Program-made: the position numbers and the translations under genes | NCBI GenBank assembly: GCA_951406725.2 | Contig: OX597817.1 | Coordinates: 151,714,001 to 151,778,000 of the forward strand | Direction of reading: 5' to 3' | DNA: 64,000 nucleotides | Source of the DNA: Octopus vulgaris | Taxonomy: Eukaryota | Notes under the pieces: generated by a model | The model's input: only the letters and a program-made list of their open reading frames with translations | What the model was told of the DNA's origin: nothing | The model's database searches: none | Part shown: piece after piece, positions 26,100 to 39,935 of the stretch | Layout: each line of letters begins with the position of its first letter | How positions within the stretch are numbered: position 1 is the first letter of the stretch

Positions 26100-28300
26100 A
26101 TCTTTTATTACCAAGGATAATATATATTCTTATATATGTTTTTGTTGTTCCTTGGTAGAGAATTATTAGGGGTTAGTTAGAAAATGAGTATTCTAGGGTG
26201 ATACTGTTTTGTAAATAATTATAGTTTATCAAGATCAAAATGTAGCTATACAGCAGATATGAAGCATATATAATATCATAACTTGATAATGTTGATAGTG
26301 CGTGGAACCTTGAAAGGAACTTAGGTTTGTGATTACGTTTATGCTTAGTCGTATAGAGGAACTTGTGCTGATGATATTTAAGTATGCTTTGTGTTTAAGC
26401 GATTGTATTTGTTAAGCTAAAGGTGGTTATAAAGATTAGTTTTATTGAGCCATCATCTATAAGCAAATAACGTGGTTATGGGCCGTGGTCCGATTAGAAG
26501 AGACGAAACTGAACTGCTGGGCATTGTCTGTAGAAATGGGAAGACTCAGCAAAACTGGGCTTGTACTAAATAACGGCCATTTTAGATGAGGCAAACCCAT
26601 ATTAAATGGTTTCTTGCAATTAGTTGCTTCTCTCAAGTATGAGCCAACTAGTGTAGGTATTCTTATACAGTGCAGAGTAACTTGAAATCTATTTGGACTT
26701 ACTAAATTCTATGCATCTATGCATGAGAATGAATGAACGAGTGAATGGTAGAGAGATATGATGCTAGTAAATATATGTGCTGTAATGTATTGACATCCGA
26801 TAAGGTTCTTACTAATCATGTAACTGGCGAGAAACCTATTGAAAACGTATTATCACGTAATTGTAAGTATCGTAATGTTGTACATGTAATACATTGTAGT
26901 GAGTGTGGGGCACAATATATAGGTCAAACGACTCGAGTATTACATCAACGTCTCAATGGACATAGACAAGCAGTTAAGTTAAGTCTCTCAATGTATTTAT
27001 GAACATCTTACGATACATAATGAAAGGTTTGATTGCTGTAGGATAAATATAAGAGACTGTGTATTAGATGAGGTTGAATCAATAAAACACTGCTAGGAAA
27101 AGAAAATTTTTAGTTAATAGCACTCTGCAGTATATATACATACACAGAGGATTCTACATCAATTCGAATGACTCATCGAGTAGTATAACATATGAATTAC
27201 TTTCATACACTATATATATAGTTCAGCAAAATTTAGATTCAGATGAATATGGTACTTAAGGTAAAGGCACCAGAATTTGGTATGGTATTATCCATATAAA
27301 TCAAATGGGGTGATTTATATACATACCCTTTGGACCTCAATGATAAGGCTGTTGGAAAATGGAACAATATCATGTGAAAATTAAGGAAACGCTTCTTTTT
27401 TCTTATCTTAGTCAATTTTAAGGGGGCAACATAGCCATGCAATGTGGAGTAAAGATGGTGAGAAATTACACAAAGATCTATCGATAATATGGAAATAGGT
27501 AAATGGATTATAGCCCAAGTGTTATGTTCTGCTCATGTCATATTCGTTAAGGACGCTCAACAGATTAAAGCGTATATGTAGTAAGAATATCACGGATGTG
27601 AGTTCTTGATAATTAGCTTTTCTGGTCGATTAATTAAAGATGCTTAAAAAAAGATGTCAAAAAAAGTAAAAAAGGAATTCATAAGTGTGCCCTTTATTAC
27701 TAAAACTATGGATAAAATGGATTTAAATACAGCGTTTAAAGATGGCAGTATAGACGATCTTTTACTTATTGAAGTTATGTGTTGTGTGTGTGTTTGTATG
27801 TACGTATACACACACACATACCACATATATGTAGTTAGAAATATACAAAAAATAGACAAAAATAGAAAAAGTTGAAAAACAACAAAATAGGGTGTGTTTG
27901 TGTTAGTTTGTCTCAGGAAAAATGGAAGAAGTCTTTGACGTTTCAGGCGTACGATCTTCCACAGAAAGAAATGAGGAGAGAAAATTGATGGAGAGGTAAA
28001 AAGAAAACTGGAGACAAAAGATGTGTTTCGTATTTGAATTAACAGTTGAGCTGACCAGAAGGAAGGAAAGAGGTGACAGTCCATATATATATATATATAT
28101 ATATATATTAATCCAAACATGAAAACACAAAGAGAAAACACAACAACACGAGGACGTGGAACAAGTATAGTATTATTGGACGCTCAGGAAAGAAAGAAAG
28201 AAGGAGCTCTTTATCAGAAACATAGGAAAAGGATATATCCAAAAAAGGGAAGACAGAGGAAAAAAATCGCCAACGGTACACACGCGGTCACATTTATATA

Positions 28301-28359
<59 letters not shown>

Positions 28360-30290
28360 GCATAGAAATATGATTAGAAAAGCCTTATCGGATATCAATA
28401 CAACACATATTTACTAGCATCACATCTTTCTACCACACTCATTCATTCTCATGCATAGATGCATTTTTCTTTTTATTGTAGTATATATATGTATACGTAT
28501 CGATTTTTGGTAAGATATCATTTAATTATAATGAATTTGTATCTAGGTTAAACAATTGTAAATGTTCTAGTTTCTGCTACGTGGAAGATGGGCTTGATTA
28601 CACGAGGAACTCAAATGTTGTTTGTAATAGGGACTTAAGGATGGCGATGTTAAGGGCTACGATATTTAGAGAGCCAGGAGAGTTGAATAAGTTAAAGCTT
28701 GAAAACATAGTGTTGGATTCAGTTGTTATTAGTTAATTTTTAGTTTTGATTTTTAGGGGGCTTTTTATAGACCTGGTGGTAAACTAAATGGTACTAAATG
28801 GTAAAAATGGGATTAGAAGAGATGATTTTGAGGAATAGAAATGGAGGGTAATAACTTCTGTCGAAAAAAAATTCGGTCCTTGGAAACAAACAAAAAACCA
28901 ATACTTAATGAGATGACTAAACGATATGGTAAAGTACCGACGGATAAAGTAATGGGTAATTTTGTAATTATGTGTAGGAAGAATTATGTGAAGAAGTTAG
29001 CGAGTCAATTGGGAATGAAACCGGATTTTACTGGATTTTCATCAGATGATTCTACATCAATTCGAATAACTCATCGAGTAGTATAACATATGAATTACTT
29101 TCAGAAGATACTGAAACCCATGTAGAGAGATTAATACTTGAAGTAGGAATTAAATAGTAACGGGTAAGAAAGGAACCGATGCATTTCGAAACGGTTATAG
29201 ATTCCTAAGTTACACAAAACACTACGTAAGAAAAGCTAAATCAAGAAAAGTACGATCTTAGTTAACGAAGCATTATATGTGGTTAGAACAGCTTTTGTTA
29301 AGTATTACGGTGACATTTACCGTAGTTCTAGGATTAGTTTAATGTGGAACATTGGACCTAGCATCAAAATATTGGGAAATAAACTAAAGAATGTGAAGGT
29401 AGGTAATAGAAAGCATATGTTTGATTCTTTAGATTAAAAACTGTTAGAGGCCAGAATATTTAAAATAGTATATCTAGTATATGCAAATATATTTAAGTAT
29501 ATATTGATTAAAAATTCTGTCGGTTTTATGTTCAATATCTAGTACTGTGGTTATAGAAGTTTAAAAACAAAACACAAAAAAACTTGCAGTAGTTAAGTTT
29601 GTTATAAATAATGCATACATTCCGCTTGCGGACAAAGTATGTAGAGAGGTTAGAGACATTCTTATGGAGATAATTGTAGTACTTTACTATCTGCCTTAAT
29701 GATTTATGGAAAAGGAAAACGTTAGAATAAGTCAACAAACTTTGTGGCTGATGCAGGTACATGGATGGCATTTTCAATCCAGAGTATAGATTTTTTTTCT
29801 TTTAGTATTTACTAAATAAGATTTTATCCTAGGGGTTCAGAAGCTAGCAGAAGTGGTAAGGATATAAATGAAATTAATTATTTGTACATTTCAATTGAAT
29901 TTGTCATTAATCTGTGATTATTATAATTTCTAATCAGACAAAGCAAATTCAATTTTAGAATTGCAGTCATGCCATATAGCAGATAACTGCACACCTAATA
30001 AGTAGGATATAACATATTTGCTGGACAGGTAATAAGATATGGAAAGATAATTAGTAGATACGATTTATTATGAGGCGTTACTTATAATCGTATAAAGCGA
30101 AACATTTGACAAGGTTCTAATCCGAACAGATTAATTAAACAATTTAATTGTGACGTAGCTTTCCACATTGGTATATGAAGTAAGTTAGAAATTTTCAATC
30201 TTGCAATTGAATTTCAAATAAGAAATTTAAGTTTAAAGGTATTGGTAATGTCAGGCGCGCGTTTCGTTAAAGGAGACTAGTAAAAGGATG
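26100..30290 (+). pseudogene. Scrambled, decayed Penelope-like RT/GIY-YIG remnants
   Basis: ORF 26745-27002 NVVHVIHCSECGAQYIGQTTRVLHQRLNGH (GIY-YIG), ORF 28841-29086 VPTDKVMGNFVIMC, IPKLHK near 29200, RYMDGIF near 29755. Internal direct and inverted duplications. Confidence 0.65.
27932..27969 (-). ncRNA. Variant minimal hammerhead motif
   Basis: Minus strand: tcttt CTGTGGA A gatcgtacgcct GAAAC GTC aaaga. Homologous to 48393-48430, but stem II is degraded. Confidence 0.45.
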
Positions 30291-30356
30291 CCTGTTTCAG
30301 CGGTATTGAACGTTACTCACAAGTTCTGGCTGTGTGTTTTATTAATATATTCTCGT

Positions 30357-30657
30357 TTATTATTTTTTTTTATTTATGCACCCTTTTCAAGCCTAGCCAG
30401 GCTCATGGGCCCGGTTTCTCGGTTTCTATGGCGTATGTGTTCCCTCCAGCTGGACGGGACGCCAGTCCATCGCAGCGTTACTCAAGAAACAGGAAGAAAG
30501 AGTGAGAGAAAGTTGGGGCGAAAGAGTACAACAGGGGTGGCCACCACCCCCTGCCAGAGCCTCGTTGAGCTTTAGGTGTTTTCGCTCAATAAACACACAC
30601 AACGCCCGGTCTGGTAATTGAAACCGCGAGTCCGCTACCCTAACCACTGGGCCATTG
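30357..30657 (-). mobile_element. SINE family C2
   Basis: 13-bp TSD aatatattctcgt (30344-30356, 30658-30670). V-domain-like ctgcgatggactggcgtcccgtccag. Confidence 0.88.
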
Positions 30658-31039
30658 AATATATTCTCGTATCACCATTTTTCCCCTTTTTTTTCTTACT
30701 CTGGTTTCAACCAACCTTTTCAGTATTCAAGGTGTTGATAACTTCGTGAAGACAAAAAAAAGTTCTGGGGATTGGATTGGCGTTCTTTTTGAGGTGAACA
30801 CTGGAGATTTTCTTTGACCAGACAAGGTCTGCAAGCCCATCGTTCTTAGAGTCGGCGCAAATGTGGAGAAACGAGGTGTCGGTGTGGCAGGTCTTTAATA
30901 TTAGAGGACTTTGGGGACTGTCATGTCAACTAAATTCTGGTTGCTTTACTTGACATGCTGAGATAAATTTAATCTTGAAACGGCACGTTACATAAATAAA
31001 TATCTTCACAGTTTTTTAATTCGATCTGAAAAGCGGTCC

Positions 31040-32280
31040 ACCTAAATTATTCAAAAACAGTCGCTCATTGATAATCTCCAGCCTCTTGTTCATAGGCGGA
31101 CTGTCTCCTCTATCTCCCTTTTCTACCGCTACTATTATGGCCTCTGCATTTCGGTGTTGGCTTGAGCACATATCACCTCTTTTCAGACATTCCCATATTA
31201 CTCATCTCTCCCTTTTTCATCATCCTTGTTGAGTCCAACGTCTCAAGCCACTTCGTTGCATTAACCACTTCACGGATATTTTCCTTTTCATGGGCAGCTC
31301 CATTAATTGATTTTCTTTAACTAAATACTTTGAAACTTCGGAGACTGGTAGAATGTGACATATAGAACATCTTTTACTCTTAGCATTGTTGAGAAAAGTT
31401 TCTATTTACGAAGTTATTCAGCTGAATAAAATTACTGCAGTTGTTTGTCAATAACATCTATCGGCGGTGTATATTTCGTTTGTCACTGTTATTTATGACA
31501 TATTTTCATATCAGTTACGTTTGTATGAATAAACGAGTGTATCTGAAGCACGTTTACTTCGCGACACCACCATAATCGTTCGTGCATATCTACTGCTTTT
31601 TAAGTTTTTTTTTCCTGTTTTTCAACTACTATTTTCGGAAAGACTTCGTCCCGTCCCCCACCCCATTTTCTCGTAAATTATTGTTTATTTATTTTTGCCA
31701 AAAACCTAGCTTTTTGGATACGGAGATTCCGGAAAATTGCCAAAAATCGGAATTTTGAAATTTTTTGCTCCACTTTACCCCTCCCCTCCAATTTCTTCAT
31801 TTTCTCCTTTTTTCCGTAACCCTAACCCTAAAACCCTAAAGCTAAAACCAGTACAAACTCACGAACGATGTCATAAATAACAGTGACAAACGAAATATAC
31901 ACCGCCGATGGTTATTGCTGACAAACAATGACAGTAATTTTATTCTGCTGAATACACATCATTGATTGGCTGAAATTACCGAAATACGACAACTTTAACG
32001 GGAAGTAACTTCATAAAGAGAAACTTTTCTCAACAACACTAAGAGTAAAAGATGTTCTACATGACATATTCTACCAGTATACGGAGTTTCAAAGTGTTTA
32101 GTTACAGAAAATTAATTAATTGAGCTGCCCATGAAAAGGAAAAGATCCCACTTAGCTCAACTCTTTCTTCCCAGAACAACGTCCCTTGAAATTTCCTCCC
32201 TGCTTATGTAATTCTCGCAGACACTTAATTGCAATGGTTTAAGAGGAACATTGATAGCATCATTCTCTGGCCTGTAAATG
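31040..32280 (+). pseudogene. Decayed LINE (CR1/L2/Jockey-group) 3' fragment interrupted by a MITE
   Basis: LQPLVHRRTVSSISLFYRYYYGLC near 31075-31146 is a typical LINE C-terminal remnant. Confidence 0.5.
31274..32148. mobile_element. Merlin-like MITE, ~230-bp TIRs
   Basis: GGATATTTTCCTTTTCATGGGCAGCTC ... GAGCTGCCCATGAAAAGGAAAAGATCC. TSD cacttcac/cacttagc (6/8). CCCTAA block at 31817-31840. Confidence 0.85.
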
Positions 32281-32926
32281 TCTTGGGACCTATCTCTTTC
32301 TTCAGATCCAGCAATTAAAGAAAAATTTCGTGCGATTGTACCGGAATGAGAGGAAGATATGTGATAGGCTTAGCTTCTTTCCTTAGGCAAGGTTTAGATG
32401 CCTTGCCCTTACGCGAGACACAGCATTGAGTGATTATTTCGTTCCCTCACATACTCTGAATACTGCGTTGGAGGTGGAAGTAGAGGCTATCACGCCTTTG
32501 AAATATAACCTATTGCAGATAAATGACATGATGCGTTTTTTTTTTCTCATACGGCGGCATTAAAACGATTAATTGTAGGAGCTGGGTCACTGACCACGAA
32601 GTCCTTGACTTGTTCGGCGTCTCAACTGGCTGACGTGTCTCATAATAAGGTTGCAAAAGTCTTAAGCTGCTTCTGTTGATAAAATGGGAAAAGAAATAAA
32701 TAACAACTCTTATCCTTCTATTTACTGTGTATTCTGAAGCTGGGCTGACCGGAGCCATATAACAACAAACGATATCGTTTCTTGAATTAAGTTAACATTA
32801 CACACATCCTATTATCAACAGATTTCACTTGTTACTCATTATGGTTCTTTGTTAATCAATAAGTTTGCGAGACTTCGCTTAGTTTTTCATTTCATATTCT
32901 ATTGTATTTTTTCTTCGTTCGTTTGA

Positions 32927-33025
<99 letters not shown>

Positions 33026-33422
33026 CACAATATTTTCTCAGAAAGAAAAAAAAGCGACTTCAATTCATACAAGCTTCAAGGAAAAGAAAATTTATCTTCA
33101 AGAAATATATGTGCAGTATATATGTACTGTCTTAGTCTCAATCGTTATATAAAGAAAACGAATGTACGAAACAGAAATTAAGAAGAATGGATGCAGGACA
33201 AAGCAATCAGATAAGACAGGAGATATTTTATTTATAACTAGACTAAATTAATATGTAAATGTTACATCTTACATCAGAAAATCACTAGAGCAAATGGTTT
33301 GAAAATAAGAAAGATTGCAAAAAATTGTCAGGCTATCATGGATAGATACGAAAATCAATTAAACCACCAGTACTTGTGTATTGTAAACCAGTAATTAACC
33401 AAGGAAATGCTGAGGTACGTAA

Positions 33423-33999
33423 GGCGGCGAGCTGGCAGAAACGTTAACACGCCGGGCGAAATGCGTAGTCGTATTTCGTCTGCCGTTACGTTCTGAGTTC
33501 AAATTCCACCGAGGTCGACTTTGCCTTTCATCCTTTCGGTGTCGATAAATTAAGTACCAGTTACTTAATCCGTCTGTCTGTCCTTGTTTGTCTTCTCTGT
33601 GTTTAGCCCTTTGTGGGTAGTAAAGAAATAGGTATTTCATCTGTCTTTACATTCTGAGTTCAAATTCCGCCGAGGTCGACTTTACCTTTCATCCTTTCGG
33701 GGTCGATAAATAAAGTACCAGTTACGCACTGGGGTAGATGTAATCGACTTAATCTCTTTGTCCCCTCTATGTTTAGCCCCTTGTGGGCAATAAAGAAATT
33801 AGAAACGTTAGCACCCTGGGCGAAAGGCTTAGCGGTATTTCGTCTGTCTTTACGTTCTGAGTTCAAATTCCGACGAGGTCGACTTTGCCTTTCATCCTTT
33901 CGGAGGTCGATAAATTAAGAACCAGTTGCGCACTGGGCTCGATCTAATCGACTGACCCCCGCCCCCAAAATTTCAGGCTTTGTGCCTAGAGTAGGAAAG
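33423..33999 (+). mobile_element. Trimeric SINE family B composite
   Basis: Three cores in tandem, enclosed by a 17-bp TSD aatg(c/t)tgaggtacgtaa (33406-33422, 34000-34016). Confidence 0.85.
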
Positions 34000-34417
34000 A
34001 ATGTTGAGGTACGTAACGTTAGTAAACACAGTGGATAAGAAATGAATTAAGTAACTAGTCAATGACTATGAAACAGTAAGTAAAAGCATTTTTAAAAATA
34101 ATTATAGTGGGCTCTCCACTCGTAAGCGACAGATGAAGGTTTCGCAACCCCTGGTTAGACAAGCTGCACAAATGAATTGTTTTTAGGGCTCAAATGTTTG
34201 TATTGTACGTAAGCTTACCCCGTCTATCAAATCGATATTTCCTGCACAGGTGCACGGTGTGCCGCATGGCAGATGTCAAGGTGGTTACAGAGCAGCGTGA
34301 AATAAAGGTTTTGCTCAAAAACACAGTGCACCACCCAATTCAGGAATCGAAACCACGATCTGGCGATTGAGAGTGCGATGCCCTAACCACTAGAATTTTC
34401 TGTTTGTGCTAGGAATA

Positions 34418-34711
34418 CAGTAATCCCTCGACTATCGCGGGTGTTACGTTCCAAAACCCTCCGCGATAGGTGAAAATCCACCAAACAGTACTGTACTTTA
34501 CTCTTTTACTTGTTTCAGTCATTTGACTGCGGCCATGCTGGAGCACCGCCTTTAGTCGAGCAAATCGACCCCAGGACTTATTCTTTCTAAGCCTAGTACT
34601 TATTCTATCGGTGTCTTTTGCCGAACCGCCGCTAAGTTAAGGGGGACGTAAACACACCAGCATCGGTTGTCAAGCGATGTTGGGGGAACAAACACAGACA
34701 CGCAAACATAT

Positions 34712-34781
<70 letters not shown>

Positions 34782-35066
34782 GATGGGCTTCTTTCAGTTT
34801 CCGTCTACCAAATCCACTCACAAAGATTTGGTCGGCCGAGGCTATAGCTGAGGACACTTGCCCAAGGTGCCACGCAGTGGGACTGAACCCGGAACCATGT
34901 GGTTGGTAAGCAAGCTACTTACCACACAGCCACTTCTACGCCTGTATATGTTTTCATATTATTATCATAATTTGTATATATTTACTTTATTATAAATGCA
35001 AAACAATAACGCAGAGGAATCGACGTAAGCTTAAATAATGAACCGTAATATGGCGAGGAATTACTG
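34418..35066. mobile_element. Tc1/mariner (Tigger-like) MITE with nested SINE A
   Basis: TA|cagtaatccctcg ... cgaggaattactg|TA. Confidence 0.75.
34497..34945 (-). mobile_element. SINE family A, full copy
   Basis: Same as 8636-9082. Confidence 0.9.
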
Positions 35067-35235
35067 TACTCCTCGTTCTTTTTTAGATTCGGTCCAAGTT
35101 TATATGAGTAGGGGGGAGATTTTCCAACTATACCAATAGTATTGTAACTTTAAGTAAGCACATCTTACTTCAAAGTGAGAAATAGCATTTTCAAACTGGG
35201 TACATACCACTTCGAAGTGAGAACAGTAATCTTAA

Positions 35236-35354
35236 CCCTTTGAGCCCTGACCTCCTGAACCTTTTTTTTACCATATATCTGGCAATCCACCGGTGCTACG
35301 GTATAGAGAAACATAAGCCATCCACCGGTAAACAGGTGTTTCGGGCTCAGTGGG
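35236..35354. mobile_element. Tiny piggyBac-like MITE
   Basis: TTAA|ccctttgagccc ... gggctcagtggg|TTAA. Confidence 0.7.
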
Positions 35355-35954
35355 TTAAACTTAAACAAAACTGGTCACGATCAGATTTTATGTCTATCTG
35401 CATACGGCGCAGTTTGAAAGCTTTACACCAGTTAGCTGAACGTTTTCACGACCCTGTTGGATTACAGTTTCTGGACAATATATTCTAAATAATTCTCGTT
35501 TGAAATATCTGCCGGTGCATTTGTATGTGCGTAATCCCATGGAATGTGGATGACCAAGTTATTTGATGACGAGAGTCACATAACATATTTTATGTTCGAG
35601 AGGCGCAACGTATGGTTTTAAAATTATATTTATGAAAGATACAGTTACATGGCACTATTCACTAAAGTAGACTAGTTAATCTCTGCTTCTAGAAGTCTTT
35701 TACACTGTCTTTATTTTTACAGTTAACACTTTAACTGTAAAACATATAGGTGTTTTCGGTAAAGCAACACACGGTGGCTTTCAGAGCCATAGTTTGACCA
35801 CTATTGCCATAGTGGAAATCTGCCTGTATATGAAATACGCAGTAAATGACCCCCACCCAGCCTTAAGAAATCAAGCTAAAGTCCCTTTCTTCTCTATATG
35901 CTACGTATGGACGCATTCTCATTTTGTAGAAGACAGACGGAAAGGAGTTATTTT

Positions 35955-36320
35955 AATTTTATTTCAGTCTTTGAACTGATGCCATGCTGGTACTATAAAA
36001 AATGTCAAGGTTTTTTTTTTTTTTTAGTGGAACGAATTGCCCCTAGTACTTATTCTATCGGCACCTTTTTCGAAACCTCTAAGTTATAGGAACATAAATA
36101 AATCTACAACAGTTGTCAAGCGGTGGTGGGGAACGAACACAATTAAAGACACACACTTGTATATAAATATCAAGCTTCCGCACAGTTCACGCCAACCAGA
36201 TCCCCTCACAAGGCCTTGGTAGGTACACGGCTATGAGAGAATACACTTGCTCAAGGTCCAACGCAGTGAGACAGAACCCGGAACTATGTGGTAAGGGGGG
36301 GAGCATCTCACCGCACAGAC
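35955..36320 (-). mobile_element. SINE family A, diverged
   Basis: tagtacttattctatcgg, acacttgctcaagg and gaacccggaac blocks. Confidence 0.65.
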
Positions 36321-36665
36321 ACACAACCGCCCATAAAATAGATGTTCCCATGAGGTGAATCGAGCCTTAGTGACAGAAGAGGAAATTCTATATTGCTATT
36401 TCTTTTATTTTGTTCGCTAGAAAAGTGGAATTTACGTATTTAGTCATTCGTTATGGACTAGTAAACAATACTGCACGTGTTAGAAAAGTCTCACGCATAG
36501 ACGATATTCTCAGGTTAATTATCATTGGCTGACATACCGGATTTAGATCCGGTAAGCACGCAAGTTGATTATTTTGAGACGAATCAAAGTTGGTTGACGA
36601 GAACTGTGCAGATGCTTGTTACATACAAATGTGTGTCTCTAATCAAATCAATTTATTTTTTATAT

Positions 36666-36862
36666 ACGAGGTGTGTTGAAAAGTTCCTGGCTTTGGGTAA
36701 AAGGAGAATCTGTTAATTATGATTTCATTCAACATATTCCATTCTAAGATTCACTCATTTACTGCGCCATTTTTCCTTCGCCCTGCAAAAGAACTCGGTA
36801 GGTTGGGCAACAACCCAGACCGTTTGCGACACCCTTAGATCCAGGGACTTTTCAGCACCCCA
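36666..36862. mobile_element. mariner-like MITE remnant
   Basis: TA cgaggtgtgttgaaaagttcctgg ... ccagggacttttcagcacccc imperfect TIR. Confidence 0.5.
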
Positions 36863-36866
36863 TTTA

Positions 36867-36954
<88 letters not shown>

Positions 36955-37050
36955 CTTATATATACATGTATATATGTATATATATACATATACATGTATA
37001 TATAAACATATATATATGTATAAATAATTTATATATTCATATATGTATAC

Positions 37051-37075
<25 letters not shown>

Positions 37076-37081
<6 letters not shown>

Positions 37082-37742
37082 ATACTAAGTAATTACTAAG
37101 TAATTAAGGGTTTAGCAACGAATTGCCTCACCGACACACCGAATTTAGAAATAGCAGTCAAAGAGATATAGCTATTCCTTCTACTAAAAGGGGGATCTCA
37201 GTAAAAACACAGCACTTAAAAGGCAAACACAGACAGGTAAGAAAGAAAGAATGAAATGACGGCAATCCATCATGCAATTTTAAGTTACCTACGGACGTAC
37301 GTTTCGAGATCAAGTTTTAGGATAGCATAAGAATTAGAAAATTCTACTTTACCCAGACTTGCCGATGAGAGAAGAAGTCTGGGTAAAGTAGAATTTTCTA
37401 ATTCTTATGCTATCCTAAAACTTGATCTCGAAACGTACGTCCGTAGGTAACTTAAAATTGCATGATGGATTGCCGTCATTTCATTCTTTCTTTCTTACCT
37501 GTCTGTGTTTGCCTTTTAAGTGCTGTGTTTTTACTGAGATCCCCCTTTTAGTAGAAGGAATAGCTATATCTCTTTGACTGCTATTTCTAAATTCGGTGTG
37601 TCGGTGAGGCAATTCGTTGCTAAACCCTTAATTACTTAGTATTACTTAAATTTTCCCCGAATGGGGCTTTTACATACCGAAATCTACTTGGTGTAATTGA
37701 TAATTATCCCTAATTAATTAATTTCACCCTTTTATTATTACT
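37076..37742 (+). mobile_element. Fold-back Penelope-derived element: ~267-bp palindrome in (TA)n
   Basis: Arms 37094-37360 and 37375-37641 with a 14-nt spacer. The right arm continues unpaired to 37742. Confidence 0.75.
37361..37447 (+). ncRNA. Hammerhead motif at the palindrome apex (CCGATGA core)
   Basis: CCGATGA 37362-37368, gaga/tctc stem II, GAAA 37430-37433, palindromic ACGTACGT, GUC 37439-37441. The 5' strand of stem I is missing. Confidence 0.55.
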
Positions 37743-37751
37743 ATATATACA

Positions 37752-37786
<35 letters not shown>

Positions 37787-38159
37787 GTAAAAAAATACAA
37801 ACTGGGACAAGAACGCAAAACATTTAGAAGACGATACAAAAATATTGTTGTTGCCGTGTTACAGTGGTGTGTTTCTTTATCTATCGTGCAATGTTGAATA
37901 AGTAACTGTGCAAACAGCTATGTGGTGAGAGTGAACTCTACCGATACATGGATCACTAAAACCTTTTCGCGCTCAAATGAGCTGTATTTGTTGGCTCTCT
38001 TCACCGAAAGTCATGTCGCCAGACTATCGCGTGAACAAAAGCCATTTATTGAAGTGAAACGGGGTTCATGCACATGATCAACTTGTGATTACAATGTGGA
38101 AAAACGTGGGCTCAAAACCAACTGTTATAAATCAAAAGGTATATGTTTAAATATTGATT

Positions 38160-38352
38160 TTAAATTTTGGCGCAAGGCCTGCAATTTTGGTGAAGGTGCT
38201 AAGTTAATTAGATCGACTCCAGTGTTCAACTGGTGACCCCGAAAGGATAAAATGCTAAGTCGACCTCGGCAGGATTTGAATTCAGAACGTAATGACAAGC
38301 GAAATACTGCTAAGCATTTCGTCCGGCGTGCTTACAATTCTGCCAGCTCGCT
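38160..38352 (-). mobile_element. SINE family B, diverged, alternative tail
   Basis: gaccccgaaagga...gtcgacctcggc...ctgccagctcgc. Confidence 0.7.
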
Positions 38353-38683
38353 GCTGATGTGAATAAAAGAAGTAAAAATGATCAATTAGAAAGCGAATTC
38401 AAATAACAAACACAAATTCCTGCGAGGGAAACTTACCACCAGCTGGTAGTCCTCACACCCAAAACCCCATTAATGCAACCGCCGAATGATCCCCAGACCA
38501 GCTAAAAACAGCAAGCAATTCTCCCTCGAGAGAGATAAAATATCACGGGATAAAATAACATATGATAAAATAACACGGAATATACTATGCCTAGCAGAAA
38601 AAAAGCGGATCGGTCACAGCTATTGTGGTTTTAATACTAGCTCTATTTGATAAAGTCCGACCTGAAGTTTAACAACAAGTAAT

Positions 38684-39071
38684 GTGGAAGCACTCCGTCG
38701 GTTACGACGATGAGGGTTCCGGTTGATCCGAATCAACGGAACAGCCTGCTCGTGAAATTAACGTGTAAGTGGCTGAGCACTCCACAGACACGTGCACCCT
38801 TAACGTAGTTCTCGGGGATATTCAGCGTGACACAGAGAGTGACAAGGCCGGCCCCTTGAAATACAGGTACAACAGAAACAGGAAGTAAGAGTGAGAGAAA
38901 GTTGTGGTGAAAGAGTACAGCAGGGATCACCACCATCCCCTGCCGGAGCCTCGTGGAGCTTTTAGGTGTTTTCGCTCAATAAAGACTCACAACGCTCGGT
39001 CTGGGAATCGAAACCGCAATCCTATGACCGCGAGTCCGCTGCCCTAACCACTGGGCCATTGCGCCTCCTTC
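38684..39071 (-). mobile_element. SINE family C1
   Basis: Reverse complement of 22573-22955. TSD acaacaagtaat (38672-38683, 39072-39083). Confidence 0.9.
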
Positions 39072-39315
39072 ACAACAAGTAATATAAAGAACAGAAATGG
39101 TAAATAAGTTGAATATGAAAAATTACTAAAGTTTTCGAATTCTCTCTTTTCCATTTGGTGTATCTGTTGCTACTTTGTAACCAACAAGTCCATTTGTAAC
39201 GTTAGACATAGAGTGACTCATGGTTAGTCCACATTACTCTTTGGGGAGCATAGGGCCGGTTTCCCGGTTTCTCTGGCGTATATATTCTTCCCTGGACGAA
39301 TCTCTCTCTCTCTCA

Positions 39316-39421
<106 letters not shown>

Positions 39422-39512
39422 TAGGGAAGTTATTTCCGAATCCACAGGGGAAGACGCTCAATTTAGTGGTACTAAAATGAATTACTCACTGTATTATATA
39501 TATATATATATA

Positions 39513-39935
39513 TACTCTTTACTCTCTCTTACTCTTTTACTCTTTTACTTGTTTCAGTCATTTGACTACGGCCATAATGGAGCACCGCCTTTAGTCGAGC
39601 AAATCGACCCCGGGACTTATTCTTTGTAAGCCTTGTACTTATTCTATCGGTGTCTTTTGCCGAACCGCTAAGTGACGGGGACGTAAACGCACCAGCATCG
39701 GTTGTCAAGCAATGCTAGGAGGACAAACACAGACACACAAACACATACACACACATACATATATATATACATATATACGACAGGCTTCTTTCAGTTTCCG
39801 TCTACCAAATCCACTCACAAGGCATTGGTCGGCCCGGAGCTATAGCAGAAGACACTTGTCCAAGATGCCACGCAGTGGGACTGAACCTGGAATCATGTGG
39901 TTGGTTAGCAAGCTACTTACCCACAGCCACTCCTG
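39513..39935 (-). mobile_element. SINE family A, full copy
   Basis: Same as 8636-9082. Confidence 0.9.
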
